Source of the DNA: Eledone cirrhosa
Lineage: Eukaryota
DNA length: 64,000 nucleotides
NCBI GenBank assembly: GCA_964016885.1
Contig: OZ024743.1
Location: 354,950,001-355,014,000, forward strand
Direction: 5' to 3'
Part shown: positions 28,570 to 40,777 of the stretch, piece by piece
How the letters are laid out: the number at the start of each line of letters is the position of its first letter
How positions within the stretch are numbered: the first letter of the stretch is position 1
The notes under the pieces: model-generated
Told to the model about the DNA's origin: nothing
Seen by the model: only the letters and a program-made list of their open reading frames with translations
The model's database searches: none
Program-made: the position numbers and the translations under genes

Positions 28570-28733
28570 ATATTGTTATACTTTGGGAGGGTCATGTTGC
28601 CAATAAAAACAACCTTTCGACTATCGAACCAACCAACCAACCAACCAACCGGAAATTTATAATAAATTGAAGTTCAAACCAAGTGCATGTGTTCTTTATT
28701 GGCAACATGACCCTCCCAAAGTATAACAATATA
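28570..28733. repeat. Short inverted repeat (~37-bp arms), pLTR-like remnant
   Basis: atattgttatactttgggagggtcatgttgccaataaa is inverted at 28695-28733. Confidence 0.8.
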
Positions 28734-28774
28734 TACATATACATACATATATGTATATACATACCTACTCACAC

Positions 28775-28823
<49 letters not shown>

Positions 28824-29026
28824 TACATACACACATACACACACACACACATATGTACGTATGTTGCACACGCGCTTACAACTACCTATATATACGTTTT
28901 ATGCAAACGTATGATTAAATTCAATTCATAAAGAACATTCCATCTTTACTTCAACAGAGTCCTTATGAGAATGAGTGAAAGGGAGTGAGAGGGAGTGAGA
29001 TAAAGAGAGCAAGAGAGAGAGAGAGA

Positions 29027-29141
<115 letters not shown>

Positions 29142-29793
29142 TGTGAGTGTGTGTATTTTAAGGATAATTTGTGAATAAATGTTTCTGCAATTGCGTTACA
29201 GACTCCATTGTTTCCTTGAGTAGTATTGGTAATGGTGGTGCTGAAAGCTTTAGTAGTACTAGTAGCTAAAGTTGTTTTAGTATCAGTAGCCGATGTTGTA
29301 GTGTTTATGGAAGTGATAATCTAGTAGTTAATACTATTGGTATTAGTATCGGTAGCAATTACAAATGGTGGTGAATGTGATACTTTTGTTGTAGTTGTTT
29401 GTAGCTGTGGTGTTGGTGATGATAATTGAGCTTAGTGGTTGTGGTGGTGACATTGTTAGCGCCGATATTATTGTCAATAATTGTTGTTGGTGGTGGTGTT
29501 GGTGGTGGTAGTGGTGGTAGTGGTCGTGGTGGTGGTGTGGTGGTGGTGTGAGTGTTGGTGGTGGTGGTGCGAGTGATGGTGGTGGTGGTAAGGATAAAAA
29601 ATATTAACTATGGAATCATTGACAATAAAAATACTGAAAGCTATTGCCTTCAGAAGAAATTTTAATGCTGCAATTATGGCAACAACAATACGACAACAAT
29701 AACAACTGCAGCAAGCTAAAACAACAGCAATAACAATAACAACAACAACAAAACAACAATAATAATAATAATAATATTAATAATAATAATAAT

Positions 29794-32700
29794 GATTTCA
29801 TTTATTAGCTACAAGGGGCGACATGTAGGGGACAGTACAAAGACAGGGACAGTGGGGGTTTACAATAAGGTCGAGTAAAAGTGCACAATGGCAAGACTGA
29901 TTTAACAATGAAGATATAAAAATATAAAATAAACTGTTCATAAATATAACAAAATAAATTCCCCAATAGGGTGGACGACCCTGGGGTGACTCGGGTACCC
30001 CACCGTGCGCTTCTAGGGCACCCAGGGAGAGCACCCCTCTCCTCAAGTTAGCTAGCCTATAGGTGCATGGTCAGAGTAGGCTCATTCACACGAGCCATTC
30101 TCGCCACATTCATCCACCTTTTAGAAAATGTACTGGGGAGCAGCACTTCTCTCTCCACCCTCTCCTTCCTTTCCAGGTGAAACTTGAAGAAGTTGATGAG
30201 GAATTGGCCGAAGAGAAAAGAGTCTGTCTTCAGTCCTTTTAATCTGGTCCACCATATAACCTCTTTCGCAATTGCCACCAGACAGAGGAAAATGTCCTGC
30301 TCTTCCTGATCTATGGCGGCGGGTCGATCTTCACTATGGACTCGGCCTATAGCCGGATTCGTTCCACACGCGACAGTAGCTGTTCGACATAACTCCACAA
30401 GTCAGTAATGCACGGATATTGGACAAGTGCGTGCAGAATGGTTTCGTCGTTCTGTGCGCATCTTGGGCAGGTCCGTCTGACAGCACTTCCGTGCCTGTAG
30501 AGTTTATCCCGAACCGGCAGTGCCCACCGGTATCACTGCCAAGCGAAGGATTTCTGGAAATTGTCCATTGTCCCCGGCTCTAAAGTCTTCCGGTACAGAC
30601 TGGTCAGTTCGACTTCGTCGAGGCCCAAAGCTTCTCCGAGTGCGTCATCGCTCTTTCCCACTACTAATCCTCTATAGAACTTGAGAGTGGAAGTTCCATT
30701 GATCGCATTGCCCGCTTGGTAGAGGGCAGTGAGTGCCTGGCATCATTCGAGGTGCCAATCACCCAGTATCGGTCTCTTCTTGACCCAGGACTGCAGCCCA
30801 GTCAAAGAAATGAGCTGCGGAAAGGCCCGTCTGATAAACGGTGACCACACCTGTTCACCGTTTAGGCAGAATATCTGGAAATGTCGCAGCCTCAACGCAT
30901 GTCCAGCCCTCCGCGTAGAGGGTGCTGGCGGCAGATGGACCGCCTCACCAACGGAACTTGTCCCCTCCACAAGAATATGAAGAGGAGCCGTTCCAACTTG
31001 ACGGGGCGCGGACGGGGGCAAGGCACGACGGTGTGGTGTACGCATTCGCCACCTCCGCGCGACCTTTCAGTGATAGCTTCCTTCCAGCCCATTTTTGGGT
31101 GAGACTGGCTACTCTGCTCGTTTCTTCGTCCAAAATCTTTTCCACCTGGAGTTCTGGTCCGAACCAAACCCCGAGCAACTTTACCGGTCCGTCTTTCCAG
31201 CACCCCACGACGCTGTTGGACGGCATGGGCTTGCCTCTCCAGGTTCCGAGCTGCAAGCCCACCAACTTTTCCGGCTTAAGTAGTTTGGCTCCTGTCAACC
31301 TTTCATATTCCTTCAATAAGGTGCCGACCACATCGATTTCTTAAGTGTTCGACACCATCTCGGTGATGTCTTCCGCATAAACCGACACCGCCTTTCCACA
31401 TCCGGGTTTGAGCGGGATGCCCTTCAACAGCTCCAGCTTCCGCAGTAAAGGCTCGAGAGTCAATACGTACAGAAGGGAAGAGAGAGCGCACCCTTGACGG
31501 ACCTATCGGGAGAGCCGAAATGGTTCCGAGAGGTGGCCATTAACCTTGACCACCGAGCGTGTTCTGCTGTGCATTGCAGCGATACAGCTTCTGAAGACAG
31601 GGCCGAAGCCAGCTGCTGATGGTCGAGCCTATCGAATGCTTTCGATTGATCTAAATTGATCAGTGCCCCACCGAAGCCAGGTTTACACCCTACCCTCTCT
31701 ATGATGTTTCGCATGAAGTGGAGATTGTCGTGTATGGACCTGGCTGGGATTGCGCAAGTTTGCGCCTCCCCAACCAAATCCTCGACGACAAGCGCCAATC
31801 TCTTTGCTAACACCTTGGCCAAAATCTTAAACTCTGTGTTGAGCAGAGTTATGGGCCTGAAGTTGGCTAATATATCCATCTTGTTCTCGTCTTTCCTTAT
31901 CAGCGTCACCATTCCCCTGCTCACAGTACTGGGAATACTCCCATTCAGCTGCCAGTTGCAGTAGAGAGCTTCGAGGAGATCAGAGAACAAGTCTGGCATA
32001 TTTACGTAAAGTTCGTAGGGCAGCCTATCCAAATCGGGAGACTTGCGCCTCATGCAGCCGACAAGGGCTTCCTGAATTTCGGCTGAAGTAATCGGCCTTT
32101 CGCAACGCTCAGCGTCGACCGTCGAGATGCGCGGCAAGCCGTCAAGGTAGGGACTGAAATCCGCTGCTCTCTCTGACTCGCCACTCTCCCCGAAGAACCG
32201 AGCAAAGTGTTGGCGAAAAGTCTCACACATCCGTTTGGAATCGCTTATCTTGTGTCCGTCTCGGTCCGCCAGAGACCGAATTGTGGTTTTATTACCACGT
32301 TGCGCCTCCGCCACGCGAGCCCATCGAACAGGTTTGGTTCCCTCGTTTCTCAGCGCACGCACCTTAGCTCTGACAATGCAACCTTCGTGTTTCGCATTGA
32401 AGAAATGGTCTAATGCCATTCTCACCACTAGCACGTCAGTTGCAATGCCACTACAAATAGCCTCGTCTAACTTATGTACCAGCTCCCCCTATTTCTATTT
32501 TTCTCTAACGCTAGTTCTTTGCTGAACTCTATCAAAGTTACTCTAATCTCTCTTTTGAGAGCCCCCCACCATCTGTTGCTGATGATCCCCCTGTCAACTT
32601 TTGCTTTATTAAATTGTTGACTCGTTCCTGTAAGCCTTACGTGCCGGAAATGACATGTTCAGCTTCCAGTAACCCGGTCCTAACGTACGCGTTTTATCTA

Positions 32701-34834
32701 GGTCGACCGTACAGATCACGAATTTGTGATCTGAATAGGCGACTGTTTTAAAAAGTGGGCAGCCTACACTATTTCTATTTATTTTCCTAATGAAGATCCT
32801 GTCTATATACGATCTAGATGACCCCATTCAGTTGGTCCATGTCCATACTGGCACATTGGGGAAATCTAGTCGATACCTGTCAGACAGTTGGAACTGGCAG
32901 AGTAGGTGCTTGAGGCTTTTGCAGCCCCTGCTCCTATCGGCTACTCCCACACAATCCCAGCGTGCGTCTAAGATGCCATTCCAGTCCCCCGCTAACAGTA
33001 AAGGGCGAGACGTACCCAGAAAGGTCTCCAGGCGCCTAAAGAAGTCCGGTCGTCCGGCCCCTGTAGGGGTGTAGACGGCCAGAAGTCTAAAGGCACCACC
33101 TTCGCTACTGCTCACATCCAAGACCACCAACCGGAAGATCGACCTTACCTCGAGATCCAGTCGTTTTCTAAACAGCACTGCCCCCCCCCCCATTCCCGGC
33201 CTGCTAACAGATGCGAAGATCTGATAGTTGTCGTAAATGGGGGCTAGTGCGCGCGTGTCGGAAATTCTGGTCTCGCTGACGGCAATCACATCCATTTCCA
33301 GCGACCTGAGGTTGTTGAGCAGGCGACCCTGCTTCCTGAGTGACCCCAGGCCGCGAACATTTAAACTTCCTACTCTTAATATGGCCATGTTGGCAAGCTA
33401 AAAGAGAGAGGGAATGTTTACTTACCTGCCGGGGTCTTGTGAAGGTCGGGTGGTTCGATCTCCATGGTTGGTGGGGTTTCTTTTGGAACCCCTTTAAAAG
33501 TCTCGATGTGGGTTTCACATTCGGAGTTCCCACATCTTGAGGAAAGCTCTCTCGAATTTCTTTTAAGGAATCGAGTGACATTTGGACCAGAAGCAAATCT
33601 GGCACGCAAAATGTGCTCATTTCAAAAATCTCCTCCTCTGTTTGTAAGTCATCGCTTCGTGCTAAGAGGGCCATCAGTTTATCGTTGGCCCTTCTGACAA
33701 GCACAAAGTTTTGAACATTTTGTAGGTGTGGTTTTATTTGTTTTCTTTTTGGTGACTGTGGTGGGGATGGTTTTGGTGGTGTTGTTTCGGGTATGTCTGT
33801 GTTTGTTGTAGGTGTGGTGTCTGCAATTTCAGGTATTTGTGTGTTTATTTGTACTTGTGTTTGTTTAGGCTGTTTGCGTTTCGGGGATTGTGGGGGGGGG
33901 GGGGGTCGATGTTGCTGTTGGTGCTGATGTTATTGGGGAAGTGTTTGCGTTAGTGGTGTCTGTATTTTTTGTTGTGTATATATTTGTGTTTTGTTGGGGC
34001 TTTTTTGGTGAGTTGTCTCTGTTTTTTTGCACTCTTGGGTTTTCCTTCATCTTCGCTACTGGTAGACAAAGGGTCTGTTGCTGTGAGTGTCTCTGTGTCT
34101 GTGTGTACGTTTATTGTTTTGTCTATGTGTATAATTGGGGGAGGGGAGTGGGAGAGCTTTCCTCGTTTTCCCCTTGGACTGGTTTCGGTTTTGGTGGTGG
34201 TCCGGCTGTTTTTGATATTGGTGTTCGTGTCTTTGTTGGTGTTGGTTTTTGGTGGTGGTGCTGCAGCTTTCTGTGCTGACACTGGCGTTGGCACTAAAGG
34301 AGGTTTGCAACCCCCTGCATTTTTGCGCTGAGGGAAGAAGGCTGGCAGACGCGTTGCTTCCCCGCAGACGAAGCAGTGGGGCGTTCTTCCCTCAGTGATT
34401 AGTTGGATTGTTGTCCCGTCCTGCAGGCGGGCAAATCCGGGATGTTGTTCATGTCCTCCTGTTTCATTTGGAGAATAATCTCCAAATCCATTCCGGACCA
34501 GTCTTCTCTCTCTGTCCTTTTGATATCCAGGAGAATAGTGTCTGTCCCCTCCTCGATTACGCATCCCAGCAGCCACCATATGTTCATTCCTGGTGGGATG
34601 ATGGGAATGCGGACATTTACTGTCCTTTTACCCATGTAGGACGGGTGCATGGTAATGCGTTCCGTTCTGCAGGGTGTCACCGAGTTCTTAATAGCAAGGG
34701 CCTCGGCTTTGAATAGTACCGAGATGGTACCGAACTGTTTGGCTCTTGCTTTATACTATATATCACTTCCGATGCACTCCAAAGCAGCCACAACCTCTGC
34801 CTGGCTGGCAAGTTCCACTTTTCGTGTCTGCACC
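29794..34834 (-). mobile_element. Older Tx1-clade non-LTR element (sister family, disrupted ORF1 and ORF2), 3' end in (ATT)n
   Basis: ORF2 fragments 33388->30057 (VGSLNVRGLG, GDWNG, SDH, FRPITLLNTEFKILAK, DQSKAFD), ORF1 fragments with EGRTPHCFVCG, and AATAAA just before (ATT)n at 29793. Confidence 0.95.
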
Positions 34835-34962
34835 GAGATTGTCGTGTATGAACCTGGCTGAGATTGGGCAAGTAAACGCCTCCCCAACCAAATCCGCTAC
34901 TCTATCTGACTCGCCACTCTCCCCGAACAACCGAGCAAAGTGCTGGCGAAAGGCCTCACACA
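34835..34962 (-). pseudogene. Remnant of a further copy of the older Tx1 family (RT fragment with internal deletion)
   Basis: Similar to 31721-31781 joined to 32157-32229 through the shared hexamer AAATCC; it abuts (AAT)10. Confidence 0.85.

Positions 34963-34992
<30 letters not shown>
34963..34992. repeat. (AAT)10 target/tail tract
   Basis: Directly read. Confidence 0.99.
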
Positions 34993-34994
<2 letters not shown>

Positions 34995-35255
34995 TTTCTT
35001 TATTAACCACAAGGGTTTACATAAAGTAGACATTAAGGACAGTGCAGGACAATGCAGGACGGTACAAATGGGCATTTCTGCGTGTAAAAAAACAAAAACA
35101 GAGGATGTAACAAAAATAACAATGAAAATAACAATGAAAAATTCCCCAATAGGGGGGGGGACTTCGGAGGGACATTTGTGGAGAAAGCCCAGTAAAAAGC
35201 CACAATGACCCTGACCACCAAGGCAAGTGCCCTCTCCCAGTTTTCCACCTTTAGT

Positions 35256-38200
35256 TTACAGATATATACTCAGAGTCGGCCCATTCACTCGGGCCATTCT
35301 TGCTTCTCTCACCCATCTTTCAACAAAATGCTGGGAAGAGAGCTCTTCCTTCTCTACTCTGATTTTCCTTTTCAAATGAAATTTGAAAAAGTCAATCAGA
35401 GCATCACCGAAGAGGTAAGTGCTCGTCTTCAGCCCTTTCAAACGTGTCCACCATACTATCTCTTTCGCCATGGCCACCAGACAGATAAAAACTGCCTGCC
35501 CTTCCCGGCTAAAGGAGGAGGGCGGGGCAATCCTCACGATAGACTCAGATGATAGCTGGATCCGTCCTAAACGCGACAGCAGGTGTTCGACATAAACCCA
35601 CAAGTCAGCAATTTTCGGACACTGGACGAGTGCGTGCAGGACGGTTTCGTCGCCCTGCGCGCATCTCGGACATGCCCGGCTGACGGCACCTCCATGCCTG
35701 TAGAGTTTATCCCGAACTGGCAAGGCTCCTCGGTAGCACTGCCAGGCCAGAGATTTCTGGAAGTTGTCCATAGGCCCCGGCCCGAAAGTTCTTCCGAAGA
35801 GATTGGCTAGTTGATTTTCGTCGACGCCTAGAGTTTCCCCAAGTACGTCGTCGCTCTTCCCCTCCACTAATCCTCTATAGAACGCCGAGGTGGAGTTTCC
35901 ACCGATCACATTGCCCGATTGGTCGAGGGCTGTGAGCGCCTGAAGACATTCCAGTCTCCAGGCGCTCCCTCTCGGTCTTCGCTTGACCCAGGACTGCAGC
36001 TCCGTCAAGGAAACGAGCTGGGGAAAAACGCGTCTAGCAAACGGCGACCACACCTGATCACCGTCGAGGAAGAGGTGGAGATGTCGTAGCCTGAGCGCGT
36101 GCCTGCGCATCATCAGCCACGGCATGCCCAGCCCTCCACGTAGCGGGTGTTGACAACAGATGGACCGCCTGACCATCGGAGCACGTCCCTTCCACAAAAA
36201 GCGAAAGAGCAAACGCTCCAGCGCAGTCAAGCGAGGCTTAGGACAAGGTACAACGGTTAGGCGGTAGCAGATGACAGACGCGATGTACGCGTTAGCCACC
36301 TCCGCTCGACCTTTCAGGGATAGCTTCCTCTCCGCCCATTTCTGGGTGAGAGAAGCCACCCTGCTCGTCACCTCGTCCCAGTTTTTGTCCGTCTGGAGGT
36401 CCGGACCGAACCAGACCCCTAGCAATTTAACCGGTCCGTCCGTCCAGCGCCCGACGACGCTGTTGGACGGCATGAACCTGCCTCTCCAGGTGCCGAGCTG
36501 CAGGCCCACTGACTTTTCCTGGTTGATCATTGCTCCTGTCACCGCTTCGTATTCTCTTAGTGTAGTGCCGATCGCCTCGATGTGTTTGGCGTTCGACACC
36601 ACTACGGTGACATCGTCCGCATATGCTGACACGGATCTTCCGCATCCTAGTTCGCGCGGGACTCCCCTCAACGTCTCCAGTTTGTGCAGTAATGGCTCGA
36701 GAGTCAATACGTACAAGAGGGACGAGAGGGGACATCCTTGGCGGACCGAGCGCATGATGTTGAACGGTTCCGACAGGTGACCGTTCACTCTCACCACAGA
36801 GCAGATGTCGCTGTGCATGGCAGCGATCCAGCCTCTGAAGACGGGCCCAAAGCCAGCCGCCCTCAGGACTGCCGCTAGGTAACGATGGTCGACCCTATCG
36901 AAAGCTTTCGACTGATCTAAATTGATCAAGGACCCACCCGTGCCAGGTTCCCTAGCTACCCTCTCTACGATGTATCGCATGAGGTGGAGGTTGTCGTGGA
37001 TGGATCTGTCGGGAATGGCGCATGTCTGCGCCTCTCCCACCAGACCACCAACGACAAGCGCCAACCTCTTTGCTAGCACCTTGGCCAAAATCTTAAACTC
37101 TGTGTTTAGCAGAGTTATGGGCCGGAAATTGTCTATGTTATCCCCCTTGTTCGGATCCTTTCTCAGCAGTGCCACCGCTCCTCGGCTCACAGAACTGGGA
37201 ATTCTCCCGTTCTGTTCCCAGTTGCAGTAGACGTCCGCCAAGAGGCCTCCGAACAAGTCTGGCATCTGTACGTAAAGTTCATAGGGCAGACCATCCAAAC
37301 CAGGCGATTTACCCCTTGTGCAGCCAGTCATTGCCTCCCGTACTTCAGCGGCTGTTATCGGCTTTTCGCAACACTTCGCCTCAGTGGCCGAGAGCCGCGG
37401 CAGTCCGTCGAGGTAGACACTAAAGTCCATCCCTCTACCCGGCCCCCCGCTGCCCCCGAACAGCTGAGCGAAGTGTCGCTGAAAAGCTTCACACATTTGC
37501 CCGGGATCGAGTAGCATGCGCCCGTCGTGGTCCACCAAAGACCGGATCGTGGCTTTGTTGCCACGACGCGCCTCCGCCACTCGGGCCCATTGAACGGCTT
37601 TCGTCCCCTCGTGTCTGAGAGCACGCACCCTAGCTCTGACAACGCAGCCTTCGTGCTTTGCATTGAAGAATTGGTCAAGGGCCAATTTCGCCGCAAGCAC
37701 GTCGGTCGCAATGCCTTTGCTAAGCGCCTCGTCTAATTTTCTAACTAGTTCTCCCTCTGCTCTATTTTTCTCTATTGCTAAAGCCTTACTAAACCTAATC
37801 GATTCTATTCTAATCGCTCTTTTCAGAGCAAACCACCACTTGTTGTTGACGATGGCCCCCGTCAACGCCCGCTTAACTAGTTCGCTAATCCGGTCTCTGT
37901 AGGCCTTGCGCGCTGGTAAGGACGCGTTTAGCTTCCAGTAGCCGGGTCCTCGTCTATGAAGCCTATCTAAGTCAAGCACACAGGTCACGAATTTGTGGTC
38001 CGTGTAGCTGACTATCTTGAATTGTGGACAGCCTATGCTAGACCTATCTATTTCCCTACAAAATACTCTATCTAGATATGATCTGGATGACCCTATGCGG
38101 TTTGTCCAAGTCCACATTGGCACATTCGGGAAATCCAATCGGTACCTGTCAGACAGTTCAAAACGCCTGAGCAGGTTGGTGAGGCTCTTGCACCCTCCAC

Positions 38201-38675
38201 CCCTATCCGCTAATCCCACACAGTCCCAGCGTGCATCTAAGATCCCGTTCCAGTCGCCCACTAACACTAAAGAGCGGGACGTTCCAAGAAAGGTCTCCAG
38301 ACGCCGGAAGAAATCAGGCCGCCCTGCTCCTGTCGGGGCATAGACGGCCACTAGCCTGAAAGCTTGCCCGTCTCCGCTGGTCACGTCCAGCACCACCAGC
38401 TTACCCTCTGGGTCCAGGAAGATGGCCTGTATGGCGAGATCCAAACCTCTCCGAAAAAGTACAGCAACTCCTCCACCGGATCCAGGACGGCTGGGAGATG
38501 CGTACACATCGTAGCCGCCGAAGATCGGTGCGAAGGCCCGTGCTTCGGAGATTCTGGTCTCGCTGATGGCCACTACATCTATGTTTAGTGACCTGAGGTC
38601 GTTGAGCAGGTGACCCTGCTTCCATGACGACCCCAAGCCACGCGCATTTATGCTGCCTATTCTGAGTGAGGTCAT
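35256..38675 (-). CDS. ORF2: APE endonuclease, reverse transcriptase, C-terminal Cys/His domain (1139 aa)
   Basis: SINARGL, SET, VYAP, GDWN, LDR, TDH (APE); KSPGLDGL, FRPITLLN, DQSKAFD, SVRQGCPLS, YADD (RT); CPRC...H...C. Confidence 0.97.
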   Translation of the reverse strand: MTSLRIGSINARGLGSSWKQGHLLNDLRSLNIDVVAISETRISEARAFAPIFGGYDVYASPSRPGSGGGVAVLFRRGLDLAIQAIFLDPEGKLVVLDVTSGDGQAFRLVAVYAPTGAGRPDFFRRLETFLGTSRSLVLVGDWNGILDARWDCVGLADRGGGCKSLTNLLRRFELSDRYRLDFPNVPMWTWTNRIGSSRSYLDRVFCREIDRSSIGCPQFKIVSYTDHKFVTCVLDLDRLHRRGPGYWKLNASLPARKAYRDRISELVKRALTGAIVNNKWWFALKRAIRIESIRFSKALAIEKNRAEGELVRKLDEALSKGIATDVLAAKLALDQFFNAKHEGCVVRARVRALRHEGTKAVQWARVAEARRGNKATIRSLVDHDGRMLLDPGQMCEAFQRHFAQLFGGSGGPGRGMDFSVYLDGLPRLSATEAKCCEKPITAAEVREAMTGCTRGKSPGLDGLPYELYVQMPDLFGGLLADVYCNWEQNGRIPSSVSRGAVALLRKDPNKGDNIDNFRPITLLNTEFKILAKVLAKRLALVVGGLVGEAQTCAIPDRSIHDNLHLMRYIVERVAREPGTGGSLINLDQSKAFDRVDHRYLAAVLRAAGFGPVFRGWIAAMHSDICSVVRVNGHLSEPFNIMRSVRQGCPLSSLLYVLTLEPLLHKLETLRGVPRELGCGRSVSAYADDVTVVVSNAKHIEAIGTTLREYEAVTGAMINQEKSVGLQLGTWRGRFMPSNSVVGRWTDGPVKLLGVWFGPDLQTDKNWDEVTSRVASLTQKWAERKLSLKGRAEVANAYIASVICYRLTVVPCPKPRLTALERLLFRFLWKGRAPMVRRSICCQHPLRGGLGMPWLMMRRHALRLRHLHLFLDGDQVWSPFARRVFPQLVSLTELQSWVKRRPRGSAWRLECLQALTALDQSGNVIGGNSTSAFYRGLVEGKSDDVLGETLGVDENQLANLFGRTFGPGPMDNFQKSLAWQCYRGALPVRDKLYRHGGAVSRACPRCAQGDETVLHALVQCPKIADLWVYVEHLLSRLGRIQLSSESIVRIAPPSSFSREGQAVFICLVAMAKEIVWWTRLKGLKTSTYLFGDALIDFFKFHLKRKIRVEKEELSSQHFVERWVREARMARVNGPTLSIYL

Positions 38676-38710
38676 GTTTAAAATAGAGTGGAAAAGATGG
38701 GAAAGACCAC

Positions 38711-40777
38711 TTACCGTACTTTTGGTAGAGGAGGGATGGTTTTTACATCCCTTTTCACTTGATCGTCTGGTGAAGGGACTGTTGAATCGTCCCTTCGGCT
38801 GGTCGTCGGCTCTTCTAAGAGAATGTCTGAGTATACTCTTCGATTGATGGTTCCTCCCAGGTCCCTGAAATCACCAACTGCGTTGGGGAATTTCGTTTTA
38901 ATATTTGTGTATTGTTTCTGTGCTATTTTTAGCAGTCTTATGTTAGTTGGCGTTTTGATTGGTGCTGGTATTATGTAGTCCTGTTGTGAAATGTCTGTGT
39001 GTTCAATTATGTAAGTCATTAGTTTCTTGTTGTGTGTATTTATTGCCGTGCATTTGTTTTTCTGGGGGTGGGGTGTGGTTCTGCTATTTTCTTGTCGTTG
39101 TTGCTGGGTGTGTGTGTTTTGTTGTTGTGTTTGCGATGTTGGTGCTTGTGGTGGTGGTGTTGAAGGTGTTGTTGGCGGTGGGGTTGTCGCCGGTGGTGAT
39201 GGTGGCGCTAGTGTGGGTGGTGATGGTGTTGGTGTTGTTGCTGCTGTGGGTCTCTTTGCAGTAGACTTTACCCTTTTCTCATTTCTTTCCTCCCTTTTCA
39301 AAGGCGACGATGCGCTGCTTCTGCGTTTGTGCCTTCTTACGACCTTTTGCCATCTCTCTCCCACCTCACACTCCATGTCTGATTCTGTGAGGTCGGGGAG
39401 GGGTACCAACTCCACTCTTTCACTTGTTGTTGTTGGTGATGTTTGCACTGGAGTCTCTGTTGCAGCTGCATTTGGTATTGCTGTTGTTGTTGTTAATATT
39501 TCCACTGCTGCTGCTGTTTTTGATTTCCGTGGAGTGGGTATGGGTGCCACGGGCCTATCGTTCCTGGTTGCCGCTTGTCCTGTTGCTGGTAGCCGTGGAG
39601 CCGGATTCGGAAGGAGGGGGGTTTTCTCCTTTCTCAGGGTCTTCTCGTTGCAGAAGGCCCTGAGGTGAGTCTTCGATCCACAGCGAAAGCATTTCGGGCG
39701 TTTGCCCTCAACACTTATGGGCAGTTGAGTGCCGTTATCGAAGTCTATCACATCCGGGATAGCTTCGATGCACTCCTGGTTGGTTTGGATTAGCATCTCA
39801 ATGGAGGAGCCGACCCAATCTTCTCTTACTTTTTTCTGTACTTGCAGTACAGTTGTTTTGTCCTCGATTCCGACGAGGATAGACGCGGCCAGCCAAGAAG
39901 GGGTCATTCCGGGGGGGACGTGGGTCAGTTTGACCCTCACAATTTTTTGCCCGCAGTAGGAGGGCACCAACACCATTTCCTCGCTCCTTAGGGTCACTAC
40001 TGATTGGGCCTTTGCCTCCTGGGGTGTGGCAAAAAGTACGTCTACGGTGGCATATTTTTTGCCTCGGGTGATGTGCGTTTTCCGCTGCCACACAGACCCC
40101 AAGGCTTTTTGTATTTGGGCCTCTGTGGCTCTTTCCACCCTACGGGATTTTGTACTTACTGTACGGTACGTGACCGTACAGTGCTCTTGGGTTTTGAAAA
40201 ATTTTTCCGCTGCCTTGCAGATTGCTCGGTGTCCGTTCTTTGTCACCATCTTCTTCGCTTCCTCTAATTCCTCATTTGTTATGAGGATTGTTTCCAAGTT
40301 TTTCGCAATACCTGCAAATGAGATTGGTTTTTCTCTGCTGTTGTTGTTGTCGTCAGAGCTGCTGGTACTTTTGTTGTTGCTGCAGGTACTACGACTACTG
40401 CCTCCGCCGCTGTTGCTGTGGTTGTTGTTGGTGTTGCTGGTGATGCTGTTGCGGCTGCTACTGTTGTTTTCATTGTCACTGTTGCTGTTGTTATTACGGC
40501 TGCTACTGCTATTATTCCTGACGTCAGACGAATGAACTGGGTTTTCGTATTTCCCGCACACCTGTTTCGTCGCTGTCGTCGTCGTCGTGGAGAAACCTTG
40601 CACGCTTTGCACGAGACTTTTCTTTTCTTTCGTCACTTGCGAAAGAGAAGGGAGGGAGAGAGACACATTTAAAGAAGGGAGGGAGAGAGACAATCTTCTC
40701 TCTGCTGTAGTGATGATTGAGGAAGAAGAAGACGGAATGAGTGGGAGTGACGTATGAAATTTCTTTTTTGTAGCCAT
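38711..40777 (-). CDS. ORF1: gag-like nucleic-acid-binding protein with CCHC zinc knuckle (688 aa)
   Basis: Lies upstream of ORF2; CFRCGSKTHLRAFC knuckle; SFAGIAK motif; S/N-rich and P/T-rich low-complexity regions. Confidence 0.93.
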   Translation of the reverse strand: MATKKKFHTSLPLIPSSSSSIITTAERRLSLSLPSLNVSLSLPSLSQVTKEKKSLVQSVQGFSTTTTTATKQVCGKYENPVHSSDVRNNSSSSRNNNSNSDNENNSSSRNSITSNTNNNHSNSGGGSSRSTCSNNKSTSSSDDNNNSREKPISFAGIAKNLETILITNEELEEAKKMVTKNGHRAICKAAEKFFKTQEHCTVTYRTVSTKSRRVERATEAQIQKALGSVWQRKTHITRGKKYATVDVLFATPQEAKAQSVVTLRSEEMVLVPSYCGQKIVRVKLTHVPPGMTPSWLAASILVGIEDKTTVLQVQKKVREDWVGSSIEMLIQTNQECIEAIPDVIDFDNGTQLPISVEGKRPKCFRCGSKTHLRAFCNEKTLRKEKTPLLPNPAPRLPATGQAATRNDRPVAPIPTPRKSKTAAAVEILTTTTAIPNAAATETPVQTSPTTTSERVELVPLPDLTESDMECEVGERWQKVVRRHKRRSSASSPLKREERNEKRVKSTAKRPTAATTPTPSPPTLAPPSPPATTPPPTTPSTPPPQAPTSQTQQQNTHTQQQRQENSRTTPHPQKNKCTAINTHNKKLMTYIIEHTDISQQDYIIPAPIKTPTNIRLLKIAQKQYTNIKTKFPNAVGDFRDLGGTINRRVYSDILLEEPTTSRRDDSTVPSPDDQVKRDVKTIPPLPKVR

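Noticed and set aside
36271-40672. Antisense ORFs inside Tx1 copies (169, 213 aa, etc.)
   Set aside because: These are shadows of GC-rich coding sequence and repeat only because the copies are near-identical.
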